A DNA stretch of 64,000 nt from Ascidiella aspersa (lineage: Eukaryota), in the NCBI GenBank assembly GCA_963924565.1, contig OZ004610.1, positions 33,418,001-33,482,000 on the forward strand. Reading direction: 5' to 3'. The position numbers and the translations under genes are program-made. The notes beneath the pieces were generated by a model that did not search any database, was not told where the DNA came from, and saw nothing but the letters and a program-made list of their open reading frames with translations. Each line of letters begins with the position of its first letter. Position 1 is the stretch's first letter. Of this stretch, positions 18,971-32,880 are shown piece after piece.

Positions 18971-21095
18971 AAAGCATGCGTATCTAAAATCCTAAATGCT
19001 GTTTTAACGAACTTTTCTTCACTAGTTCAACACTAGTATACCAACAGACTTGCTCATATTAAACAAATTAAAATTATTTACACTATCATTTATTATGTTC
19101 TGTTTACTTATAAAGTTAAGTGAGGAGAAGTGGATTAAGGCTTTTCGCTGTTATATTCACGCTATAGTTTTTGGGTTAGCAAAAATAAAGTTAAAAACAC
19201 TGCCATTGATGAATCAGGAGTGAGATTGACTCGGTCCAAATCGTTTTAATTAAAACTTGTTGCCGCAGCGTCCTGTCAAAATTACATAAGTTAGAATTTC
19301 CAAACTTTATTAAAGATCGCCCAACGCGATAAGACGAGGAGGTGCTTGGCAGGTTAGAGGAATCAGCTGCAAAGTTTGGAGTTTGGCAGAGAAATCGGCT
19401 GAGTGCGGAGATTTAAACCCATCAGCTGTTTTGTAGAAAGATGTGCTTCCTTTATCGGGGAAACTCTCCCAAAACAGGTGCATCTTCTATCGAATTGGAA
19501 GTGAAACGGAATAAATTGTTGATGAAAAAGTCTGACACTAATAAGCGCGCGTGTTTAAAAATAAAATATTCCGCGTTAAAAGCAAATATTATTCTATCGA
19601 AGTGATGAAGGAAAAATATTTTTTTACCAGAACGATGAACAGTTCTTAGAGATGACGTCACAAAGGAGTCATACTTCATAACGAGACGTCTAAAACTAAT
19701 AACCTTACGAAACTTATCGTTCGATGTCGTGCAAAAATATGCACCTCAAACTTAGTCTAAATACAGTCAAGAGGATTGTAAGCCTGGTGGAAAAATAATA
19801 TTTTTTTGAGAAAATACTTTTTTTAAGAATTAATTTGTCGAACGCAGTTCCGGGCCGTTCCAGCTTACTTTCACGTTGTTCTGCTGCAACTTCCCAGTTA
19901 AAACCAAAATCAGCCACTGCCAGGTTTCACTTAAATAGCTCGTATGCCACATAACTTGTTGTTTATTCTGTTTATGGTAATGCTTACTTCCATCCCGTGT
20001 TGTAAACAAGTCCTTTTGAGAAAAAATAAAGTCCCTGTCGAGTCTTTATTAGAGAAAGTATATTCCTCCTTGTATCACGCTTAAGCCTGTTGACTAGTAT
20101 TTCTTATTTGGGTTAAAATTAAACCGGAAGAAAGATATTTCCATACATGAATACTTATACATTGCATTAGCTGTGACAACTTATAAATTATTTTTGTAAA
20201 GCTATTTGTAACAGTATTTTATAAGAGCATTACGTTTGATCGATGTAGGCCTACTGCAATTTTTGTGCCATTATTTTAGCTGTCAACAATTTTTTTTCGC
20301 TCTTTGACTTGATCAAATACTAATTTTCATTGAAAATATCAGGAAACCCCAGGTATTGTGTTTTAAAATTAATTCATTCTCAAAATTCGAAAAAAACAAA
20401 AAGTTTCAAGATCCGGATTTATGCGTTTCCATAAAAAAAAACGCAGAATTCAATTTCCTTGCATTCGCCGTTTGTTGGCTGCAATCAATCTTGGTTCCCC
20501 GAAATAACCCGGTTTATTTACCAGCAAACAACTCGTAAATGAATCCAACATCGCAAGAGAAACCTTTCTTTGGTGGAGTTTTAGTGTCGAAATGTAATTA
20601 CGCTCGGCCCTCCATGAGACACATTATCGTTGTTAAACTGACAGTTTACGAGCAAGCAAACCGACCCGGCATACATAGGTCTGATTTAATGCATTTTACT
20701 CACTCACTTTCCCAAATTGTTTAATCCCTGTCACTGACTTCACTAATCACATCCACGACAGGGAATAAAACGTAGGAGGGATCTAGAAGTTTTAGGGTTT
20801 TTTGTGCATTTATTTTTGTAAGAGTCACTTGTGGAAAATACAGGATTGTTGGATGAATTTTATAAAGTAAAGACATAATAAAACAAACGCAAATGAAAAG
20901 ATTGAATTTTTTTTTTTTTAAGGGGGGGGGAATAAAAAAGTATACCCCTTTAACTTTAGATCAACAGAGCAACTAACGCGAAATTTGATTTTCCAGTGTG
21001 TCAGCATTTTCTACCAAGTTTTTTGCCTCAAATAAATGTATTTTAATTATTTGTTCCTGTTTAAAAACTTTTTACAGATGGCGTAACGCTTAAAA

Positions 21096-21245
21096 CAGGG
21101 TTTCTCAAACTTGGGGTTTTCGTTCGTTTGTCACTTTAAAGCTTATAAAAAAGTTCAGTGAAGAGAATTTGTTCGCCAAAGCTTTGCTGGTATAGACTTA
21201 CGGTTAGTATTTGGGTCGCATTGTAAAAAAGTTTAAGAAACACCG
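21096..21245. mobile_element. Short degenerate hAT-like MITE
   Basis: cagggtttctcaaac ... gggtcgc ... gtttaagaaacaccg; no clear TSD. Confidence 0.5.
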
Positions 21246-21702
21246 CCACAAGTGAACCATTTAACAATTAAACAACTATGGTTAAGCCAAACGCAGCAGA
21301 AGGGTTTACGTTACAGTTGTGAAGAGTTCTGCTTTTTATTACTTGGTTGTCGCGAAAAAGGTAAAGAAACGCTAACTTAAAAAAGAGAAAAATTCTCCAT
21401 CAGAATGAAATTCCGCCGCGCCCTTAGATCCAACCCATCCATGTTGTCAGCAATTGTGTTTTATCTCCCTTGTAATTAAGCGAGATTGGCTTCCAGAACT
21501 GCGACCGAGATAAAATGTCTTACCCATTGTCGCGAGAGCGGCCATGTTTGTTCTGAGCAAAGAGCGTCTCGACTCGGAAGTAAAAAACTTCCAAGGCAAA
21601 TAAATCTTATCAGGATCGGATCCTTGCAGGGGTAAAAAATGTAGAAAGCATTTTGGGTTCGTCAGTTTTCTTGCTTTCAATTTAAAGTAAGAGATTTTAT
21701 AG

Positions 21703-21853
21703 AGTAACAAAGCCCATACAGAAGTAGCAATCATATTGTAAACCTTTCGAATGACTCTTTATTGATTTTAAAAAAACGTTTAAAATGTTACCTACTTCTT
21801 GATGACATTTAATATTCTCACAGCGTCTTACTAAAATCCCAATTATTATGTTC
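21703..21853. mobile_element. Family A inverted element (degenerate)
   Basis: caaagcccatacagaagtag ... cctacttct ... gtcttacta. Confidence 0.7.
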
Positions 21854-22504
21854 AATAATTGTACCTTTATTGTAACCAATTGATTCATTTCAATAAAAAA
21901 TTAAAAGCATCTAACTTTCTTGTAAAATGAAGCCAAAATAGGCGATAAAAACGCAATATATTTTTCTCTACGCCAACTAATTGACATTATAAGAGAACGA
22001 CCAAAGGTTTTTTTCAATTAAATTATTTTCTTGAAAAATGCCATTTGATTTTTTAGATATAAACCAAGACTTCTTATTAGGACTTGATTGACCCCCCCCC
22101 CAATGGTCCCAGTTTAAGATCCCTGATTTAACCTAAATCGACTTAAAATTTCTCGAGCTCTGCGTTTTTTTCTGCTCTTGGAATCCAGTCGCTTATTTAC
22201 ACACTGATTCAGCGATTTCCATCCAGGCCGCAATCCAGGTTCCTTCTTTCCTTCAACTATTTTCAGTAATTCGCGACCGCCTTCTTATCAACTCCGGGGT
22301 CAAAGTTTCACGATTGCCTGGCGATCGCGCGCTTTCGCGTCACCGCGACAATCAACAATGGCTCGTGACAATTGCGCATTGTTAGGCACGTTCCCGAACG
22401 GAAGGGCTAATAGATTTTAAAAAATGCCAAATTGCCAAATTTATTTTCGTTGCATTTTAAGTTAGTCGGATGATACTTAATTGCAACTAAATCTATTTGT
22501 TCAC

Positions 22505-22697
22505 ATAATAAGAATACCAAAGCCCATACAGAAGTAGGTTGCATTTTGAACGTTTCGAATAACTCTTTTTTTATAACTCTTTTTTTATAAGATGTTCAAA
22601 ATGAATAAAGAGTTATTTCGAAACGTTCAAAAAATACTTCTGTATGGACTTATAGATATTGTTATTACGTCTTACTACAATCTACAACCATTATGCT
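22505..22697. mobile_element. Family A inverted element
   Basis: Both arms present; centre gatgttcaaaatgaataaagagttatttcgaaacgttc. Confidence 0.8.
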
Positions 22698-22820
22698 TTT
22701 TTACTCACGCGAATTAAACATACATTGAAATTCAAATCCCGATTAAAACCCAGGATAAATTGCTTGTTATGATCCTGGATTCTATTAAGATACACAAATT
22801 TTATGTGTGTACAACTGCAG

Positions 22821-23185
22821 TTAGAGATGTCCGATAATATCGGATCTGTGACGATAACCGATACCAAGTGCAAGTATCGGTACTCGTCCGATACTACGGT
22901 GGTATCGGTGCCGATCCTATGTCAATTAATTTCGAAATTATATGGGCCGAAAATTTATTTTAGGGACATGTCTTGTTTTGGTTATGATTTGCGATTCAAC
23001 ACAGCAATTTCTACCTTTCAAGGTAAATTTACCAAAAAATAAGGTTAACAACAGGAGGTATTTTATACTCTTAACGCTAAATATTTTTTGACGATTAACC
23101 TGGAATCTAAACACCTTTGATTTTTTACTTTCATCTAATTTTTTTGTTTGACTATAGTAAAGGCGTCATTTGGTATAGAACCGGG
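22821..23185. mobile_element. MITE of the 'ccgatac/gtatcgg' family
   Basis: Starts tagagatgtccgataatatcgg and contains one gtatcggtactcgtccgatac unit. Confidence 0.65.
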
Positions 23186-24316
23186 TGGCGAAACTTAGCA
23201 ATTGTGATGATGCGCTTGCGAATTTCTTACTGCGTGTAATTAATTCAGGCTCTCTTTTTTTTGACTGCCAAATCCCTGACGCATTATTCAAAGTACTACG
23301 ACCATAACTCGTAAAGAGCATATTTTCAATTGCCTGAAAAGTTGGACTGTCTCGTTCAAGGAGTTTATCCGGCGCAATTTTTATTTACTGTAAAAATCTA
23401 CCTCAGGCTCAGGTAGTCTTACCCAAGCTTCCCTTTCTCACGTTGTACGTAAAAAATCTTCAAAAAATCGAGAAAAAAACAGTGGAATTATGCCGATTTA
23501 TGTACAAAACTACAGAAACAAGCAATAAAACCTGGTGTGTTCATAAAGATATTAAAGGTGCCGTTGTCAGTTTTGGAATCCTATGTTTTCCTAAGGAGTT
23601 CGACAAAAAAGAGAAATCGTAATTATGCCAATTTCAGTATTTTTAAATATCCTACGCAATATCTTTAAAATTCATTAACTTTATCTTCTTGGGCAAATCT
23701 CTAAAACGAATTGATAGTAACAAATCCCTTAACAGCGTGTCTGCATTCAGTGGAGTAGAGAGCAACTATTGTACTTTTTCAGTTTTTGAGCCTAAAAATA
23801 AGATGAGGTCCGCCATTATTTAAAGAAAGAGATTGGTTTCGCCAGTTGAAAAAAATTATGATACACTAATCCAGCCAAATACCATCACGCCATTGCGATA
23901 TTTTTTTGCTTATTTAGTCACACAGTAAAATGTGGAGTGAGACTTTTTGACATCTACTAATTGCAGTCAGACAGTTGACGAGCCTTTTAAACACACAGGT
24001 CAGCTCTTGGGCAGCAAATGTCCGTTGTTTTGTGTGTTTTTCAGTAGAAGTGGTGATAAGCAATGAAGGCGAAGACAGAAGTGGTGACAGGGCTTCAAGA
24101 AAATCATCAAACCTCTGTTTAAAGCTTTTTTAATGCTGGTTTTTCGCCGGCGACCGTCGGGTGTATGCTTTGCTATCTCGCAGCCGAAAAGCACACAATG
24201 AACCACTTAATAAGGCGATATCTTGCCGCTATTATCGTCGCTTCAGACACGCCAGACGACATTTGCGCTTCCTTATCGCTTTCCAACCCGAACTTTGCAA
24301 CCTGTTGTCTCCGTCA

Positions 24317-24701
24317 CTAGGGTAGTACACATGTGGGGGGCCACAAGGCCATACCCCCCCTGAGAAAAACTGTGTTTTTTGCCTTTTTACTACTTGAGTG
24401 TACAGCATGATGTTTCTAATATGTCTCAAACAATTTTGATTAAAAAAATTTACCAAAAGGTGTCATATCGTACCCTTGGAAATAAAAGGGACGATATAGA
24501 GGTGTTCTTTGCTTTGAGCATCTTTGCAAAATCGTTTTTTTCGTATATTCAAAGTAACACCTCTATAGCCTAAAACTTTAACAAAATAAACCAAGTATTT
24601 GGTTTGAGTGGTTCTTTGGGTCACGTTTAGATGTGTCTTTGTTGCGTCATCCTCGAAAAAAATACATGCCCCCCTAAACAATAATCCTGGATGGACGCAT
24701 G
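24317..24701. mobile_element. hAT-like MITE with gggggc/gccccc subterminal motifs (related to 34074-34391)
   Basis: Terminal structure similar, in opposite orientation, to the 34 kb copy. Confidence 0.45.
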
Positions 24702-24932
24702 TATTTTACCGCCACAATGCTCTGCTATATTTAACCTACTTCTACGTGTCCCAGCAAACTACTTACATTGTGTGGCATGTTTGCTGTAGTAACAGTAGTA
24801 ATGCTATATCGGCGCAAGTGTAAATAACAGCCGGCGTGCTCAGCGGTGTGGGTAGCTACACTCCGTTCGCCGTTCGCCGGGCCATTATACGTCACAATGA
24901 GCCGTTCGACGTCATGTTTTAACAGCGGCAAA

Positions 24933-24992
24933 GTTACGCAACAATGGTCCCGGTTTGTGACGAACAATGGCCTAATCAACCTTTGTTTAAAG
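24933..24992 (+). repeat. Dispersed repeat end, second copy at about 26712-26771
   Basis: Shared gtttgtgacgaacaatg..ctaatcaacctttgtttaaag. Confidence 0.7.
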
Positions 24993-27900
24993 TGTTATTT
25001 TTTCCATGGTCTTTAAACTAGAAATTAATCACCTAATAATAGATTCTATTAAATAAATATTATCTGTAACTCCGCTGAATGTTTGCCAAACCTTAATGGT
25101 ATTTTCCCTAGACACTGCGTAAGGTCATGAACAGTTCAAATAACTAATCTTTTTAACTTTAGCATTTTAACCCAACGCTATCAGTATGTTTAAAACTCGC
25201 TACAGGAACACAAAATTAATTACAGTAGTCTACAAGGTTATACACTAAGACTTCAATTTGTTCTTTATGAACCCCCTAAATATAGTCCACGAATCCCCAA
25301 GGGGCCATGGACTCAAGTTTAAAAAAACCTTTGATTTTTATACCACCTTGCTCAGGTGTTGTTTAAAAATCAGCCAAGAAGTATTAAAAAAATATTTATG
25401 TCCTAAACGAAAAACACCATCCAAACAGTCGGATGAGCGGTATGACAAAAACGTCTTAGCATTGTTTGAAGCAAAAATCACAGTTTAAATGTGGATTTCC
25501 GCTCGTGGAATGAACCATCACTCACGTAAATAAATCGCGAAAAAACGTTAATGTATTCTCCCTTAGTCACGTTTTTCCGTCAGCCCGCTTATATAATATC
25601 TCGGAATTTTGTCGCAAAAAGATATCAAAAATACAAATATATTTTAAGAGTTGGCTGGGGCATTTGCAGTTTGTACGCGAACTGGAAATATCCAATAAAC
25701 CTTCAAAATCGGATGCATTTGGGCCTTTTTAAAATGGCAGTAAAACCTAAAAGAACCTGAATTTTTCTACAAAAAATGCAACTTCAAAAGGGAAACTGCG
25801 ATCAAAGACGGAATTTACGGCGCACTCAATGACGGAAAAAGGTCGTTAAACGGAAAAGGACCAACGCGTAGGAAGGATGGCACACTTGAGGGAATGGAGC
25901 GGCAGTCTCGGCAAATATTGTCAGAAATGTGTCGGTGGTTACCTGCGCCATTTGGGAGAAAATCGGCGATTTATGGGCTTTTTTTTCGAGTTTTTTTTTT
26001 CTTTAGTGCGTTGTTAAGAGATAAAAATTAACCAGGTCTCCCTGTCTACTCTTTTTAGTTGTTTTGCAATTTAAACAATCGCAGGAAAAAAGCTAAGTTT
26101 GACTTGTTCTTTTACGATTTGTTTTTTCTATTTAAACAAAAACTAAAAGCCATACTGTTAATGCAATTTGCCAGAGGTCGGGAGTTCGATCCTCACCACA
26201 GAAGGTTTTTCCAAATAAAAAAAATAGGGGTCCGCGGTAATAAACGTTAAGAACCCTGGTTTAGACCCACATGAAAAATGACTTTAATATTAACTAGTCT
26301 ACAACCTGTTTCCCTAATGCATTGCATTGTCGATTTAAAGAAAAAGTAGTGTATTTATCATCAATATTTTGTTTGGCAATTAATTGCGATGAGCGCTTTA
26401 TATTTTATGAACCTTTATTGAAAACGGCAGCATTAAGTACGATGCTAAATCACGTCTCGGAGTGTGCGTAGCTTAGGTATTTTCTTGATTGATTTAACGC
26501 TGAGTAAGAGACTTGAATAAACATCGTAGAACTGCATTCTACTCGTCTTGACACCATACCACGGGGGCCTTATTTACATATAAGCTTTGAGGGGGTCTTA
26601 AATCGTCTTTAACGTTATTTTTTTCGGGGGGGTCTTAAATCGTCTTTAACATTTTGTCTGACACTTGAAACCACAAACAAACTTTGTCAAGTTTTAACAG
26701 CGAAGACGGAAAGTTGCGCTACATTGGCCCTGTTTGTGACGAACAATGAGCTAATCAACCTTTGTTTAAAGCTTAAAAGTGGTACTTTGTTTTTAAACAA
26801 GGAAATGTCCACTGAATAATAATTTTCTAAACTTGGGTCGCTTTTTTGACAAATGCGATATAAAGGAGAACAAACTATAATTTGAAAACATATATGATCA
26901 TTAATAATTTCAGTGATTTGATTTTGGCCGAGAAAATTATGTGCAAAATTATAAAAAATTAATTTTTTTGCCTGTAATTCAAGCCTTGTAGAGAGCATAA
27001 CACCTCTTACAAGGTTACCAAAAGTTCGCGGCGATTCCTAAGAATTCAACCTTTAAAAATCCGATGATAGGAGGGTAATGATCGGCATTAAAAGGTGATT
27101 TAGGTGGATATTTGCACAGAGCCACTAAACACGTCGCCACTGGTCGTAAAAAAGCTGGGAACAAACATTGCAAAGTTGGTCGTTCGTTGGCTAATGAATG
27201 AACAGCCTTTGTGCAGGAATATACCTGGTGGTCGGATGGCGACAGTGGATTTACAAGGTTCCACGATATTTTCTTTCCGAAAGTCTGGATGCCTATTGGA
27301 AATATCGATACTTGGCCGATACTGTGGGTTTGGATCAAATCGATATTCCGATACCTATAACCGATATGTTGGACAAAAACTTTCGCGATTCGATTCGATT
27401 CCAAATGCCGTTTCTATATGCTTCGGTAAAATGGAAACGATTAAGTATATTTTTTAGTTTTTGAGGCCAAACTTTACTTTAGCGATTCCACTCAAATATC
27501 GGTCGAGCACACTTGACATGGGGTATCATCCCTACTTAGTATTGTTTTCAATCCAATACCTAGTTATCTAACATTTGGGTTGAATCTATGTTGAACGCAA
27601 TTATTACCCCTTCACAAGTGCTTTTTCTCGTTCAGCAGCATTCGCTCAGCCAAGGCTGTAAGCTTGCAATTGTGAATTGATAAATAATTTCAATGAATGT
27701 TATTTAATAAAATCAAAGACATATGCTTGGCCATCATCAGACCTTATAAACTTTCTAAACAGTGTATAGGTTACAAAAAATCTTAATGTTAAAACCCCAC
27801 GATATTTTGCCGCCAGGCAATCAAAAACATTTTCAGGCCTAAAAAATATCAGGAATTCTAAATATTTTGTAAATCTTGGTGACAGTGAAGCATCGGTAGG

Positions 27901-27997
27901 ATTTTTGTCGGGAATTGTGAAAAATCGGCTAAACATGGTATCACAAAAAAACGCAGGGATGTCTTTTCGCCATTACAAAAACAGAAATTAACAAATA

Positions 27998-28257
27998 AGC
28001 ATAACGGTTGGAGGTTGTAGTAGGACGTAAAGTGAATACCAAAGACAATACAGAAGTAGATTGTATTTGTAAACGTTTATAATGAATCTTTTTATTTTAT
28101 TCGACCTCTGAAGGGTTATTCGAAACGTTCAAAATGCTAGCTACTTCTGTGTGGGCTTTGATATTCATTCTACATCTAACTCCAACCATTATCTTAAGAT
28201 TTACCGAAACGTTCAAAAGGATACCTACTTCTATATGGGCTTATATATTCTTACAAC
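27998..28257. mobile_element. Family A inverted element with tandemly repeated right arm
   Basis: Full left arm gcataacggttggaggttgtag; two head-to-tail right-arm units. Confidence 0.8.
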
Positions 28258-28523
28258 AAATGTTGAGTTACGTGAGTATTCTTTAGTAATTTCCACCTTC
28301 TGTTTATGTTTACCCGCTTTCCGTTCGATAACCTTAGGTTCGCCTCGCTTGTAACACGCCAGGGGAAAGTACGTGACGATCAATAACCACTGCATCAAGC
28401 GAAGGTGAGGGCGCATGTAGGAAATTTGCGGAAGGCCGCGGTGACCTTTGTGTACCTGGATTAAACTCAACAACACTAGAGGAGAAAACTGCACGGGGTG
28501 GAAGCAACACTAGCTGGGTTATG

Positions 28524-28887
28524 AAGAACGAATATCAAAACCTACGCAAAAAAAGTTGCATTTTGTGAACGTTTCAATTAATCTTAAGATAATGGCTGGA
28601 AGTTGTATTTATACGTAGAAATGATATCAGAGCCCGTACAGAAGTAGGTAGCATTTAGTGTACGTTTCCAACGTCTTGTCATATCTTAATTCTAAGCTAA
28701 ACTACAACCTCCAATCATCACTTTTAAGATTTATTCAAAATGCTACCTATACTTCTGTGGGAGCTTTTATATTCATTCCGCGTCTAACTGCAACCTATAG
28801 CCATAATCTTAAGATTTACGTTCACAAAATGCAACCTACATTAGCATGGGCGTTGTTTAATTCAGCGTCTAACTATACAACCCCAGC
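28524..28887. mobile_element. Family A complex: tandem ~95-bp subunits in both orientations
   Basis: Subunits joined by atcttaagat. Confidence 0.7.
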
Positions 28888-30462
28888 TTTAAAGGGGTTC
28901 GTTCGGGTCACGTTTAAGGGCCGATTTTAGGGGATATGGCGTCCCATGGGGGTCAGGACCTCTCAACGACATAACAAAAACGTGAAGCCTTTAATCGCTT
29001 AAGTTTCCGATCTTTTTTACCACCCATGAGTGTTAGGGGAGGTTTTATCCCCCTTACCCCTCCGGTTAAGTCCCTGGCAACTTCAGCGGTAGTTGTAGTT
29101 CGTCGAATTGTGCGATAAGCAAAAACGTCGAAATGACGGAATCGCCATCAATCAGGGTGCGATTTGAAGAGCAGCCAGGTGCTGGGTTCACATTGAGCGC
29201 AGGGCTGATCTGAGGCACGTTTGACCTTGCCGACTCAAGGTCAAATATCTCGCCGGTTGGGGTACAAAGTAAAGAAGCCTTAGAATTAGCACCCTTACTT
29301 CTGTTAAGGCCGCGGTTCCTTTAGAGGCAATTAATCAGTTAAATTCCTGTCATCTTTGAAGCTACAGGCTTTTATGGATCTGGAGTGAGCGGCTATTAAC
29401 CACAAGACGCTCTTTTTCCACCGAAATGCAAACATTAAAACGTGATCTTGAAGCCTCGGGTTCGCACTTCTAGTTTTGAACCTTATCATTTTTGAAGTCG
29501 TCCTCATAGTTCATAAACTGATAAATCGTCGGTACACAGCTGTGTAAGAGACACGCCAAAGTACATTCCTTGGGGCTTATATGATCTCTACGTGTCGTTA
29601 ATTGCGTGTTTCGTTATAACACACATGAATTACAAACGCAAATCGTTGATAGGCTCAAGGGGTTCTAAACTTGGGACCCCTTGGGGTACGTGGATTAATT
29701 TTGGGGTCCACGAAGGCCTTATTCTAATATTGGTGTATTATTTAATAAATCAAATAAACCTTTCAAACAAAAAGTTCAAAAAGAGATTGAAAACAATAAC
29801 CAACACTGAAGTAAAAGCTTGGCTTGATCTCGTATAGTAATAATAAGTCTATAGATTTATACTTAACTTTACTTTTATAATAAAGTATAATGTAAAACCC
29901 TTCAAAGCCTTGAACTCGCGAAACATCTTAGTTTCTCTTTCGTAATATGGGCCAGAAATCCATAGCCTACCAAGGCTGATCTAAGGTGAAATCATTCCTT
30001 GGCCAAATGGGAAGAGAATATAGAATTGCAGCGATTTTTAGCAGATTTTTAGCTTTGATTAAAACTGAGGTGAAATCAGAGAAAGAGAATCAAGAATTTC
30101 AGCGGCAACCCAACTGCAGCTTTAGTTTTGATTAGAACCGACGAATTCTGGCACTTCTATTTTTAAACCCGTCGCACTGAGCAACTCAAAGTCCACTAAC
30201 GTCAGCAAATTCCCTTAAATCTTCGTAGTTCTTGATTCTCGAGTGAGGCCCTTGAGTGGATTCGCGGGCACTTGTGAGACAAGACACATTTGTATCGCTT
30301 CGAGCGCCCTCAAGTGTTGACCCCGGCCTTGATCATAGTGTAAGTTAATTACTTCCACAAAACCAAGTCCCCGCTGTTTTCTGGGCGCCCATTTAAACCT
30401 TTAAGCACCATCGGCCGCTATTGTCACTTTGAGTGCCGGAAAATAAAGTTTAGAGCAAACTA

Positions 30463-30566
30463 ATTAGACGTAGAGTGAATGTATCAAAGCCCATACAGAA
30501 GTAGGCAGCATTTCGAATGTTTCCAATATATCTTTTCTAGGTTGAAAATAACGAGATGTTGGAAAC
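30463..30566. mobile_element. Family A fragment
   Basis: tatcaaagcccatacagaagtagg. Confidence 0.7.
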
Positions 30567-30671
30567 AGCCTTAGAATTGATGAACATCTCAAAAATCACA
30601 CAATTTACTCAACTTCTTTGACATAGGTTTGAATATGGGTCACCTTAGGTTTTATATTGAATGCTTTACAA

Positions 30672-30955
30672 CAGTGCCTCCCAACCAGTAATGGGTCGCG
30701 AAGTTATTTCTATGTTACAGTTCTATTAGATCGGGAAATTATAGCATTATTATTAAGTATACATTTATGCAACAATGTAACATATACGTAACAATGAGAT
30801 GTTCTGTGTCCCATTAACTATGTTAGTGCGTAGGCCAGTTGTAAACATGCAGATTTTATGTAAGTTCATTTGTTTGGTCTTATCTTATTGTAAGTCGCAC
30901 AATGATACTTGGTATTAAAAGTGGTTCGCGAACTGAAAAAGGTTGGGAAGCACTG
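30672..30955. mobile_element. hAT-type MITE
   Basis: TIR cagtgcctcccaacc / ggttgggaagcactg; perfect TSD ctttacaa (30664-30671, 30956-30963). Confidence 0.9.
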
Positions 30956-31580
30956 CTTTACAATATGGCACAGCAAATTTTTAACATACTGTTAAGCTAG
31001 GGTTATGAAACCCGTTTTGTGAGCTACTCCACATTTTTGCGTGCTTTATGATGACGTCATACGGTGAAATCTCTTTCGGCGACGGGACTTTCCCCCAAAT
31101 TCCTTGCCATGTTATCCACAAACTTCCGTCGCTGTCTGAAGTATATGTTTGCTCAAGTGGGCGTTAACATTAACACAATGTTTGTTTCAAATATACCGAA
31201 ACATTTAGTTTGCAGTAAAAAATATGAATAAAAAAATGAACTTACTATGACTATTTGTGCAATTGTTTTCTCAACAAACATATTAAAATCACAAGGAGCT
31301 CATATGTTAACTGAAATGGTTTGCTAAATTGTACTTTTTTCCTTTTTCTACTTCGTCCTGGTTGTGTGAAAGCAAGTCGAGATTTTAATGCAATTTGTCG
31401 TTACACAGTTCCACCTGATTTCAACTTTATACGTGTTTATCATTGTGGATAAAACTGTACCTCATGGGACTAAGTTATCTAACGTTTGTGCTGCTTCTGT
31501 CAATTGAATTAGGTGCAATTTAAGTGGGAAATATGCAGCCATTATTTTAAAACTGTACCCCACGGAATAAGGTTATTCAA

Positions 31581-31726
31581 TTTTTGGAGCATAATGGTTG
31601 GAGGTTGTAGTAAGACGTAATAAGAATATCAAAGCTCATACGGAAGTAGGTATCATTTTGAACGTTTCGAATAAATCTTTATTCATTTTCAACAGATCCT
31701 ACTTTTGTATGGGCTTTGATATTCTT
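31581..31726. mobile_element. Family A inverted element with intact U3-A8 hammerhead-like core on the minus strand (31659-31694)
   Basis: Full left arm and truncated right arm; flanks ataaggttattcaa (31567-31580) / ataaggtgattcaa (31727-31740). Confidence 0.85.
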
Positions 31727-32880
31727 ATAAGGTGATTCAACATTTGTAAATTAAATTAAGTGTCAGTGAAAAATATGCAGCTAATTGGTCGAAACATGTG
31801 ATTTTTTTAAATGCTTTGTTATGAAGTTTTTCTGGCAGAAGTTTGCAGAAACAAGAGGCACCCAAGTAGTGTTCGAGCATGAAATATCATATTTTCCTGC
31901 TTGTCTTGAATACGTGGGCGTTACTAGGTCGTTATTATGCCGCTCCACAAAGCGAAACGAGTTAATAGAGCGGAGAAAAAATGACATTCCGTTAAGCCGA
32001 GAGAAAAACATTTGGTAACACGAGCCTCCGCCCACACATTACGTTCTTGTGAACGTCGGAATGTCGATTAAACGTAACGTAGCCACGTCGCTTTTTTCTA
32101 CTTCTGTTTTTTGTTCAGGCGTCCATTCCTAAGTGCGCCCAAGCGTTAAAAGTCCTTTGAGGTCGGAAACAATGCGGTGTATTTCAATGGTATGACGTTA
32201 TCGAGCTTGTTAGGTTCTTTGACTGGCAATGGTTGCTGCCCAGGGTGGCAATTTCAAGAAAGCCTCAAAACATTTGAACTTCCAGATCCCTAAAAAGCCT
32301 TTCTTCACTAATCGGGGAGTCGAACTCTAAACCCCTGGAATTTGAATTGCGCCCAATTTGATTTTGAAGGGGAGAGCAACCTGAAGACAGCGGAATGTGT
32401 AAATTGTTTATCCGCCGCCCAAAGTCGCACGTTCTCACGGCATGACGTCACTGGGAGGCAATGTTAACGACTGCTAAAGTACACCCAGGAAGCTGAATTG
32501 GCACCGGCAGGGCTCTGAGTCTGATATTCCCGGTCTGTTTTAACAAGGCGTTTGCGCTTGCTAGTTTCAAGAAAAAGTCAATTCCTTACACCTTCGGATC
32601 GTAAACCCGGCTTTATTATTAAGAGCCTTCTGAAAATTGAAGTGAAAGCAAAGACTTGTAATTGTAACTCGTACAACTTAACTTTTTTATCTGTTTTGTT
32701 TTCCTAACTCCTCTGCCGCGGCTGAACAACTGAGGCTGGTTTTGTCCACATTAGATACAATTTATTTAGATATAATTACGCAACAACTTCTTTATTTAAC
32801 AAAAATATTTAGATTTGCATTCCAACATAAGTTTTATAAATTTAGTTGTCTATAAAATCTGCAGTGGAAGCATATCCGTA

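Noticed and set aside
26172-26200. Isolated B-box/T-arm (also 51710-51730 and about 15735)
   Set aside because: No A box or acceptor stem; at most decayed SINE fragments.
31760-31805. gtgaaaaa...gaaacatgtg as another hammerhead
   Set aside because: No convincing helix II, core mismatch and no UH triplet.
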